From Ophelia neglecta (lineage: Eukaryota), in the NCBI GenBank assembly GCA_965285935.1, contig OZ260662.1, positions 48,918,001-48,982,000 of the forward strand: DNA of 64,000 bases, given 5' to 3'. The position numbers and the translations under genes were made by a program. The notes under the pieces are model-generated. The model had not been told where the DNA came from and made no database searches. It saw only the letters and a list, made by a program, of their open reading frames with translations. The first letter of the stretch is position 1. Every line of letters begins with the position of its first letter. Of this stretch, positions 12,701 to 24,700 are shown piece by piece.

Positions 12701-15700
12701 CATTTAGATTTAAATGATTTTTTACAGGTTATATTACCCAACAAACTTATAAAGCCACCATCTATTATTTGGTATTTTGAGGAGAATAGATTCTTTTGTC
12801 TATTAATAACCCATTGTTTGATTTTTCATTCTTTAAATTTAAATGGCTTATTAATCCTATCATATCTAGATATAACCTCCAGGGGCCCTAGCATTATGGT
12901 CTATGGCTTGTTGTACAGAACTAACAAATTAACATAATGCTCATAGTTTTATTACCATATACTAAGTAAACTCAGTACATTGTAATTGAGATATGATTTA
13001 TTTATTTGAAGATGGTTCTAACAGCTCTGAGCCTGAAGAGGATGGTCGGGGTACCCAGGGGGGAGAGGGAGACCCCGTGGTGGACGGATCCCTTCCCCAT
13101 CAAGTCACTCCCCACATTGTCAGCAAGAACCGTCTGCCTCGCCCACTGCGAGACGGCCAGACCACAACCGGGCTCCACCAGCGCGTCCTGGCCATCAAAC
13201 CCAGCGTGCTCAACCAGAACCGCACCTACATGATACAGGTTAATGTGACGCATAAAGGTAGGTAGAGCACCGAGTGAGGGTTATAGTAGTTCTGAAAGGA
13301 GACCTGATGATTTATGATGCAGTAAAATGTTTATGATGATTTTGTACAGTTTTGTATTAAAAAAACCATTGGAAAACTATCCTTCTTTTTTTTACTGATA
13401 ACACATTTGGTATTAGCTTTAAAAGCTTGTAATTTATTTATTCTAACTACCTAGTGCACTAAATGGAAATGTTATGAAGTAGCATCAGAATAGAGAGCAG
13501 TTCAAATCTGTTTTTCAATAATCGACGACTTTTAATTGACTGGTGGTTTTAACATATTTATTTGGATTGACTGAGTAGCGCTAGGCTAATCGAGCAGTCT
13601 CTCCTTGATTGTCTGTTATGGTAAAGATCTTCAGTATTGGCTTTCATCCACAGCCTCCAAGAAACACGGAACTGCTCTGTCTTACATCCTGGTGAATGAG
13701 AGCCCCACCCTGGGGGCGTGCACCCTCACCCCTCCTATCTCTACCCACGCCGTCGAGATGGAAACGCAGTTCAAGATATACTGTTTTGACTGGAAAGACG
13801 AGGTTGGTTTGGTTGGAACTGTATGTTTGATTCAAATGTGATTGGTTTTGTTCATATTGAAGATCAATGAAAAAGAGAGAGGTGTTTAAAAAGAGTGCTA
13901 TACCCCCCCCCCCCCACCCCATCATGCTTTAAAAGGAATTAACCCTAAAGGTTTTTAGATCTATACTAATTGTAGGATCACTCTCATGTTTTCCAATTGA
14001 TTTTGTGGAGACATTAACATAAGAGATTAGCATGCCACACCCAACAAATTTCAATTGAAGCCTTACATGACATGCTGACAGGACGGAACACATGCCGATT
14101 GCCCACGTTTTATTTTGACAGAGTAGGTGGCAGTTGTCAGAAAGTGATGATGAGGTAGACTTTTAACAATCATCAGACCACAGTTATGACATGTGGTCTG
14201 AGATATACGGCTGTCGTCTGCCCATGCAGCGGCATGCTCAGCTGCCTGCCCTTACTATGCCTCTGTCAGTATTGTGGCCATTGTCCCTTTTGTGTAACAT
14301 TATTTCACGGTCGTGTTCTTCCCTCCCCGATTCCTTGGCATCTCAGCTATTCCATTGAGCTATTGACAGTTATATTGCATTAGGAAGCAAGCCATAGAGT
14401 TTCTCCGTTTTTGCCATTCAGCCGATGACACGAAATGACAAGTCGATATCGTATTTCACACAACGGAACTTCATCGAATTCCTGCTATAATCTGTATTGA
14501 AGTGCAGTGTGCTGAACGTGCCTATTGACCCGAGAGATGACGGTGACTTTAGGACAGATTGGACTAGCAGAATCATATTTATTTGATGTTAAAATATGAT
14601 AGCCTTCTAACCTTAACAACATACACAGAGTGTCAAAACCAGCCTAGTAAATTTAGCAGCCTCATTGACAAGAATCACAATTATTAAATAATCCCTCCAC
14701 ATTTGGAGAGCTCTCTGTTTAATGCTAACAAACCATATCCACAGCAAAACCAACTTCAAATATATGGATAAGTTTAGAAAAAATGCCAGATCTAATAAAA
14801 GGATAAAGCTCGGTACCATAGAGTAAAACTGCCAGCTGGAATTGCCAGAGTACAAAGATAATAATATTTTGTTGGTCTCACCAGAAGTAATATAAATAAC
14901 GTGGAAACTCGTTTCCTACTTGTACAGTCAGAGGCCTAGTTTTGTTGTTTCCCTGAAATCATTTGCTTTCAAAGCACGCGAGAGGAAGTAATTTAAAAAC
15001 CCTTATTGTGATTTAGAGTGGAAAACATTTCAAATAGATATCCGGTTGTGTAGCAGAACTTTGATACTGACTCTGTTTGTATCAGTACATCCATAAGACA
15101 AAATAGTTAGTTTTAGTTGATTATGAAGCAACGAAACTTGCACTATTTAAGGTGCCGACTAATCCACTCACTGCTGTTCAGTTATTTAGTTATAATTGTA
15201 CACAGTTGGGATTTTCATGGCTCATTTAGGCCACGGCCCATATGTGTGTTGTCCAGTTACTAGTTTTATTTATCTTGTGTAGCCTCCTGTATAGAAGTGA
15301 TTCTATAGCACGTCCATTTTTTTCGCTTCACATTAAATTTGATGGCACATATCATATTTACATGTATTAAAAAATTATTAATGTCTGCCTCTGTGATATT
15401 GTTGAGTATGATGTATATTAGTTTATTTCTACTCTTCTTTGTGGTATATTTATGTGTGTTGTACATTTAGTAAAGAGAGGTTTTTTGCTAGCCTTTGTGT
15501 GATATTTGTGTGTGTTGAGATTTTCACATTGATTCCCATCGAGTCAAGTTTGCATTAATTGCCCTCAGTTATCAAGCGGCATTCAGATCAATGGCTTAAT
15601 TAGTCTCTGTTTGATTGGTGTATTTATTTGGGACAGGTCATTGCAGCTTTGACAGAATAGCACTCTAGAAGTTCTCTGATGTAATCTCGGTATCAATGTT

Positions 15701-18700
15701 CAATACCTAGGGCAAACATAATGCTTTGAAGTCCACTTCCAACAAAACGGTTGTTGAGAATTTAATTGACAAATTACTCATTTGCCCTCCCAAACTGTAT
15801 GAAAGATATTGACAGCACCGGGTATTTCCATAGAATCGTTAAAGTGTATCAACAATGAAATATCATATTTAACGAGCACCTGCTGACACTAAAAAAAGCA
15901 GTGATCCTACAGAACTGATGTAATTGATATAAAATATTCAGGTTGAAGTCAATTTTGAAAATATTAATGATATTCTCATAAATTATGGATTCAAGGATCC
16001 CCATAACTTGGTAGCCTGGACACGGGTTTTGAACGTTGTCCTGCTGTTTATATTATAACAACAAAATTTATGTAACTTGCCAATCTGGGATGAAAGTGAA
16101 GCCATCCCCTCTCTACCTTACATGTAGTTCAAAGTTATTTGTAGAAGCTCTCAGAACATGGGACCCTGTAGGGGTATTTGTCTGTAGCCATGTCCTGTTC
16201 TCTGGCAATTGTAAACTCCCCTAGATTACACACCACAGTAGTAACCCTGTCTTAATGGAACACTAAACTGCTGCGCACCTGCCATTTACAAGTAATTGGT
16301 AGAGATAAAATTTGGGCACGCTCTTTGCCCGTGGCTAGTCTGCATTCATATATCTATGCCGTATAAGTTTATCCTCTGATAAAAAAAAACAGTGCAAAAG
16401 ACTGAAAGATTGGTAAATTTCATGTCTGGCACTCGTTCTGCCAGGATTTCTGTCATTGCATGGTGCATTAATGAAATCTTTCCATACTAAGGCTTTGTTT
16501 CTCTGGGTTTGATGAGGAGATAGCATGCAATGAGGCTCTGCTAAAACGCGGTGAACAGCACCGAGAAAAGCCACTACAGAGCCTCAGCAAAAAGGGTGTG
16601 GTTGTGAATTAGAATCTCCAGCCAAACATATCTCCTTGTCTTAGGTTAGCGATGGCTGCATTTATTCAAAGACCTTGGGGAGATTTTGCTGATCCTTTAC
16701 AGTGTAATTAGATTGGTATTGATTGGAAGAAACGCTACTTTTCACATTTATTGCCTTCGACATGGGATCCCAGGGTGGGAGAATCAAAGCAAGCTGAGAT
16801 CTATACAGCCAGTTAATTCCAGCAGACGCTGTGATTCTCCTAACCTTTCATGGACAGAAGGACTGTCCTCTTTTTATTATCTACAAATGCTGCCTTGTCA
16901 CAGTTTACAATTGCAGCAATTCTACTAACTAAAGAATAATTGCAAATCAATGAAATCTGAGACCCAATTGCCATTACAAGTTTGATCAACTATCAGCTGG
17001 CAAGATACTATTGCATGATAAATAGAATATTTTCAAACAGTCTGTATAACATTTTAAGGTGGACCAGATTTATTAAGATCTTCACAAGTATGCATGACAA
17101 AAACCAGAAAAAAGTTTTCCTCAGCAAAGCATATTTCTGTAAATGTGGCAGAACTTCACATGAGAGTTTAGATGATATTGTGAAGTACAGGCCGATGCTG
17201 GCTTGACATAGGTTTTGTTGGGGCTTTAAAGGAAGGAGACACCTCTTTCATTTGGTAGGAGCGGGGGCGGGGGGGGGGGGGGGTAAGGGGAGACATGATT
17301 CATCACTATATCATTAGGGATATTTCTAAGCTATCAAATGAGCCCCTTGTGGAAAACTATGTCCGCTGAAAAAAGGGCGATATGCAGCAAGAAATTATTA
17401 AATGCCCGCCTGAGCTATTAATATTGCATAAAAGAGACAGAAAAGGCTGCAGTAAAATTGATCAGCCACTTTGGTCCCTTGCAGTGGGGAGAGATCCCTA
17501 CACTGTTATTACAGACTGATTCATTCCAGTCATGGTCAGTCAGTCTTATGTAGCTATAATTATGTTTACATTATAACAATATTGGATCTAATAAAGGAAC
17601 CATCTGGACTTGACCACTAGGTGGTATAAGCCTCAGTGGTTTATTGCTTTGTGTTTGGAATAATTTTGATAGTAAGGTATATTACTTGGTTATTTAATGC
17701 TTGGATAATGAGTAAGCCGACTTGTAGAAAAGAATAATATTTTTTTATCAAACAACCATCTGTTTATGACTTATAAGCTTTTCTAGTTTACCAGCAATCG
17801 GAAGGATCAATAATTACATTATTGAAATCTAAAGTGGAGGTGCCAATTATTGGACCAAATGTTCATGTCCATAAATGTTCATTAGAGATGTTCTATCAAG
17901 TTGAAGAGGACATAGAATAATCAATTTTTGTGCCTGGAGGATGATACAAGTGGAATGGTTATAGACTAACATTTTCATCAATTGGCTTAGCTATTATTCT
18001 CTGTTTGGTTATTTGCTGTATATTATTTGGCCCCTTGCAGGGGGAAAACTCCGAGTCACTCAGTGTGAACGGCACAAGAATGGAATTGATGGAATTATAG
18101 CAAATTATATGTGACTATCACGATGAAAGATTTGATATTAACAAAGTTTTGTTTATGTTAGCGCCATCATGTATTCTTATGGTGTTTTGTTTCCACTTGT
18201 CTGTGGTGACTAATGGCCTATCGCCATGGTAACGCTCTCTTGATTCCCATATCTCCCATAGCAACCTCCCGCTGGCAATCAACAGTAGTTACATTAAGAT
18301 GGATATTAAGCCATAAATGGAGCCGGCAGGATTTCTGTGTCAACATAGGCCTGAACTTAGGTAATTTGTGGTGGGTTTTGAATTATTTGTTGCGCCACAT
18401 TAGACGTGCAGAGCTGACTGGCAGTCCGGACTGTGCTTTAATCAGCGGGCTGACGAGGATCCTGCGAGCCCGTGTTGACAGAACTCTTCTCTGGCAGACG
18501 AGAGTGCTTGCTCAGCACTACTATAATGGATCCACAAGTTTTATAGCCTCAATAAAACACTGTAAATCCTTACTCAATATCTGTACCATCCTCGGCGAAG
18601 GCCAGCGTTAAATATGGCTGTCCCGCCACCCTTAGTCTTGCTCCAGCCTTTATTTCCATGCCTTGTTTCTAATATCACTCCTCTGCCTGCACTAACTGTA

Positions 18701-21700
18701 TTGATTTATGTCAGAGTTTACCATGCCCTTCATTCTCTCAACATCTGTGTGTAGCCCCCAATATTATGACATGCCTTAATTAAATTTAACTTAGCAATTT
18801 GTTTAAGGGTTCACTATATTTGTTGACTCCTCAATTAAGTGCCTAATAAATCTATTACTATTAGTAGCATAGCGGTTAAATTATTAAGTGTCATTTACAG
18901 TAGTCATTAATATTTACATTGCTGCCACACCGTCTTCACGCTCTAGGTAGTACAATAAATTAGCACTTTATTATTTTCTACCATCCAGGAAACTCCAATA
19001 CGCTATGAAGTCAGCTACAACCTGGAGATTGGACAGCCAAGGGACCTGGTCTACCAAGGACTCAACCACAACATATACTTTCAACTTCCTGCTGGCAACC
19101 CAGAAAAAAGCAATAAATGTAAGTTCTCAGAGACTTTTTAAACAAATTGCTAGTAAAAGAACAGAAAAGAAAGGAATGGTTTTCTCATTGGGCCCAGTTA
19201 AATTCCTCCCTTTCTTTATTATTGGGATACCTTAGTGCGTCTGCTATAAGACACCATCCATTTCCACAATGGATCTCTATATGAATCAGAACAGTGTCAT
19301 ATAACACTAATAGGACAGATTTATGGTCTGTCTCCCACTTTTGTACTATATGCCACAGACATGGTCATAAATTGAAATTGAAGTAGGTCTAAGATATGGC
19401 ATTAGGTCTAGGTTATATGTCACAGTTTATAATGAATATAAGGCATCCAATAGTCATGATATTCTCGCTGCTTAAAGATCAAGGAAAGCAATGGAGCCAA
19501 TTTAAATAAAGATGATTATGAGGAGTGGGCTTTCCTCAGTTTGGTCTTGTTTAGCCTTGAAAAATTGTCTGTATGCGGTAGGCACGTGCTCTTAACTCCA
19601 GTTTAATGGCTGTCTCATGGCGCATTCAACACAGTCTGTGACAGGAAGGCTTTACTTTTAGACAGAACGTCCTGCAAATACCAGTGAGGGGAAAAAGTGG
19701 CTGTTGCAGGCTTGATAGGAAGACCATACATGGGCCGTCTGGGAATGGCTGGCATGCAATAGACTCTGTCATCTGTCATTGCAGGCAGCTCATCAAACTA
19801 CAATATGTATACATTTAGATTTAGATTGAGTTTCTTTTTTTGTCCTTATGCAGACACAGCTGCATTATTCCAAATAAGTGTTCTTTGATCCTCGAACATT
19901 CAGTCTTCTTTTGTTGTCAACTGATTACTGTTATTTGTTTACAACAAAATTAGGTTTAGTTTTGTTCAAAGCAGTTTTTTTCTGTTTACTGGTGATAACG
20001 CATGTACAATAATTATTATTAAAAGCAATTTTAGATGATCATTTGCATAGGAGGACAGCTTACTAGCTGCGGTATTCTGGTAACATGCCATGCTCTGCAG
20101 TGGGTTGATCAGCCCAGAGCCCTGATGGCAAATGATGAGCATGCTGGGTGGCATGGGGCCGTGTCAAACTGGCGTTTAACTTCTAACCTACAAGTGCAGA
20201 TTTCCCTGACCTGTTAGGGGTGGCATTCAGACAACATTGAAATGCACCCCGATCTGAAATTGCTTCCAGTTTACAGCAAAGCCTCAATCACTTTCTGTCT
20301 GCTTGGCCTGCTGGACAGTCTCAGCTGATTACCAATTTGAGTTAATTACTTTGACACCCACACTAAAACAAGTAGACATCCTCTAGTTTGAAGGCTGTCA
20401 GTTCAGAAACCTTCCTGTTCTTTCGGGATAAGATTGGTTTAAACATTATTGCTATATTTAACAAGCAGGAAGTTTGTTTGTTTTTTTGACCGGAAGCTGG
20501 CAGTGCTCTCTTGTCTTCCTAGCCTTCTGACAGCAAACATGGCTGTCCATTACCCGCCAGTCACATTAACTCCAATATCTCTCCCACGCTGTCTACCCAC
20601 TAAATTTGTAAAGGCCTCATGAGGATGTTAACTCGTCATTTTTTTCCCGTCCAAATTTCGTTACGCCATATCACCCCTGGATTTCCTAAATTTCTGTCTG
20701 AAATTGTTTGTTCTGATGTTTTCAACTTGCCAAGTTGGAAGAAGCAATTTTGACTAAATCCGATTGGTATTGATTGCTTGATTTTGGTTGTCACCGGCTG
20801 ATGTGCAGCTCAATTGTTGGCATGTGACCTGTCACCCCTGACCTCTAACATGTCACAACTGTGATCCTATCCAATCAAAATTGGTCAACAAATTGTGATT
20901 GATACACTCTAGGGCATTGGAAGTGGCATTCTTTTAGATGAAGGTTTTTGAATACGAAGCCATCATAAAGGCATTGAATTTATCATTTTTTGTTGCCTTT
21001 AACAATAGTTAGCACACTATTGAGAGTTTACCTACACTATTGAGAGTATTACACAGCCAGGCATCCCATACCTTAATATGTCATGGCAAGTCTGGCAGGC
21101 CTTTTCTTTTAATTGGATTTGGTTTTAATACAGTTATCTGTTTTATTCTGTTGCTTGTGGATATAGTTGATGTACTAAGTTTTAGCAGGCATCGTCCATT
21201 TATTGCTTCATAACATTACTGAAAGCTTACTTCAAGTGAGTCTGTTTACATAAGAGTGCCAGTGAGCCTTTAAAAAAACATAGTTGGTGCTGTTTTCCTT
21301 TGAGGGTCATAGGGTACATAAAAGGGGCAGCCACAGTCTAGCTTTGTTAAGACGTATTCCAGGGGGGATAGATTTTTTAGAGATTAGGGGAATTAAGGCA
21401 AGAAGGAATTGGGACATTTATAGAAAAGGAACAATATGCAGGCTTGAGGTAATGTTGTTCCGAGATGGAATGTAATATGGGCTTGGCTGTGGTCTGGGCC
21501 ACAGTCATATCTTCCTACTGCCTAGATTTATCAAATCCCTCCAGAGAGTGTGTCAGCTAGGCCCAGGCAGATCCCTGATGCTCCAACATCAATATCACTG
21601 GCCAGCCAGCTTCTAGGTAACGGGGCCATTTTGTTACATGTCAATCATAACCGACCAACTCTATCCACCAATTTTAGGAGATGGCTTTGAAACGATGCTT

Positions 21701-24700
21701 TCATCTTTTTGCAGCCATATAGAGCATTATGATGCAAAGCTTTTACAATTTAGCTGGATGCGATCTGGAGTTGATGTTCTCTGCATTAACTTTAGCATGA
21801 CTGCTCTCATTGCCCTGGCTCAGTGTTTTGTCTTAAATATTGGCACTCTTGTATGCTGACAAGTTAATTAATGTCTGGGGGTTTTGTCTACACAGTCTAG
21901 ATGGCCCATGACAAAAGCAGACCGGGCCCTCTCATCCCACTCCGTTGTTGATCAACGACTGGGGGACTATTGGCATTTGTGGCAAACCTAATCAGGTTGC
22001 AGATTGATTCATGAAAATATCATCTGGTGGCTTGGAAGATGATAGCCGGCATAGGGACTGCCAGCGTCTGTAAACTGGATCTGGCAGGCCAGTCCAGTAA
22101 TGACAGATTGGGAAATGGCGCCTTTATCAATGATTATTCTGCATATTGCATTATTCATTTATTGAACAGTTTTTGCTGTGGGTCTTTTGGTATAGTTGTT
22201 TATGCAGCTTCTGTGCCTGTCTGCGTACTTTTAGTGTGGCCCGTAGCATGTACAACATGATTATTTGTTCGGCCCATCCAAACAGCATGGGAAATGTGCT
22301 TGCATATCAGATTCATTATATATGTAGAAAAACAACCCTCTTTAGTACAATAAAATGCCCTTGTTCCATCTATAAATTGGATTTATATTCCTGAATGTAG
22401 ATTAGAGGAAGTCTGGCACAAGTCAATAGCTTACAGTCACTTCCCCCATGACTCTGCTGTACTTAACTTCCTGTTTCTACCTGTTATAGGACCTTCATTT
22501 TATTCACCTCAATTCTCCTCAGGTCCAGGTGTCTTCCTGTGGTAGTACCATCAAGATAAATGAGCTCACTGTTTTGTGATCTGTTAGGCGTAGTTTAGCT
22601 GTTTTTAGGTAACCTGACAAGCCACATAATTGACCTCCTGTCCTCTGGGGTTGTGTTGTAAGAGTTATAGAATCTACAGTATAAACTTCTCCACTCTACA
22701 CAATGTCAGCAGCCTCCTGTTTCTTATCAATAATTTGCCATTAGAGCTTATAACTTTGTCTTTGTCTCGGCAAGCCTTCCCCCTGCAAGAGAACACAGCT
22801 CCAACTTGTCTGGCTCAGCATTGGTGGCTTCAGCTGATGTGGCATCAGCATCAACAGTGTCTTTTCTTTGGGCACACAGTAATATCCAAACCCCTCATCT
22901 CCATTCATACAAGATGAAAGTTGTACATGGTGGGATCAGGCTCTTGATAGTTAACGACAATCACTCAAAAAACTAAACATGATCCAAAAAACTAAATGGC
23001 CACCACAGCAATCGGCTTAATAATCTTATGTTGACAGGCAATGTCTGAAGGGGCTTCAGCTACAGGCCCCAAATATTGTGGGTGTGTAGAAAAAGTCTGC
23101 TTACTGGTTAGTTCTGCACACATTTTGAAATCCAAAATGGACACCAAAGTTATACAAAACATCCATATAGTATGCAAAATGTTAAACATAGCAAGATAAG
23201 CAAATACAATGCTTTGATAGGTTTTTCAATATGACATACTTGCTTCACAGTACTAGATAAGACATATTTGCTTCACAATACTAGATAAGTATATAAAATA
23301 TATTGAAAAGTATGAAATAGGAGGTCATGCAAGGAACGTGATGATAATATAAATAAGTTATGTGTTTGAATATGTTCATTTGACCTTCTCTTTGACCTTT
23401 TAAATTACCTCTTTTTAAAGTTCTTGACAAGAATAAGCATTTAATTATTCAAGTATTCATTCTTTGAAGGTCTAATTGCACAGAATGCCGCCTTTGCATA
23501 TGCATAGATATTAATTTGTGGGGACAAATTTTGTTTCTAAGTATTATGATTAACCATTAACCTCTTGCACCTGTTGGCGTTTCTGAGGGACATATCACAA
23601 GGGTACTCTGTCTAGCTTGTCACTGGTGCTTTCATTTTTAAAAAAAATATATGCATAAGATAATAGAAAAGTATGTCTTTACTCTGGCATGCTTTGAGAA
23701 CTAGCCTGCCAGCATGCAATTTCCTTGTAACTGATGGCTGCCATTAAAGTTGTAGTCAGTGTGGTAACAGTGAGATAGGGTTGAAACTGTTACTCAAATG
23801 TGTTAGGATGTTTGTTTACCCAGTTGGTGACATACAATATAAATAGTAGATGCACGCTTCCTCTGTTAATGGAATGGGGACTGAAACACGTCGCCAAAAT
23901 CTCATTACTCAGCTTAGAACCATGATCGATCTATCCATTGGAGCCCTCATCATGCCATTTGCTGTGTGCCTGCAAAAGACACATTTGTTCAGATAGGTTC
24001 TAGTTTAGTAAGATGAAAAACACCAAATAAATTGAGATTGCAGCAGCCAAGACATTTGTTGGTGAAATTGTTTCCTATCCAAGTTTAGTGTAAGCCACAT
24101 TTGTCAGTAGCAGAATGAAGACAAAGTTTTTATCTATAAATGTTTGTATTTCATGAAAAGAATGATTCCTGATAACTGCACAATAAAACTTGCAATTCGA
24201 AAAAAAAATCTTGCATTCGAGTGAAATCCCCATTGTGGAAGTAACCTCTCCCTTTTGGAAGTATGCTGTAGGATCCTCTCCCCTGTGGTAGGATCCTCTC
24301 CCTTGTGGTAGGATTCTCTCCCTTGTGGTATGATCCTATCCCTTGTGGTATGATCCTATCCCTTGTGGTATGATCCTCTCCCTTTTGGTAGGATCCTCTC
24401 CCTTTTGGTATGATCCTCTCCCTTGTGGTATGATCCTATCCCTTGAGGTATGATCCCCTCCCTTGTGGTAGGATCCTCTTGTGGTAGGATCCTCTCCCTT
24501 GTGCTATGATTCTCTCCCTTGTGGTATGATCCTATCCTTGTGGTAGGATCATCTCCCTTGTGGTATGATCCTATCCCTTGTGGTAGGATCCTATCCCTTG
24601 TGGTAGGATCCTCTCCCTTGTGGCAGGATCCTCTCCCTTTTGGTATGATCCTCTTCCTTGTGGTATGATCCTATCCCTTGAGGTATGATCCTCTCCCTTG

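Noticed and set aside
12728-12771. Strong acceptor with a short open frame between exons I and J
   Set aside because: 44 nt to a weak donor (gtattt) breaks the phase 1-1 requirement, and read-through hits a stop.
4409-13925. Minus-strand and off-frame ORFs overlapping exons B, C, D, G, I, J and K
   Set aside because: Shadow ORFs of the GC-richer real exons.
14144-14201. Possible C/D box snoRNA (GTGATGA ... CTGA)
   Set aside because: Only 58 nt, no terminal stem, and just a 7-nt match to an 18S segment I could recall; an Infernal or snoscan search would settle it.
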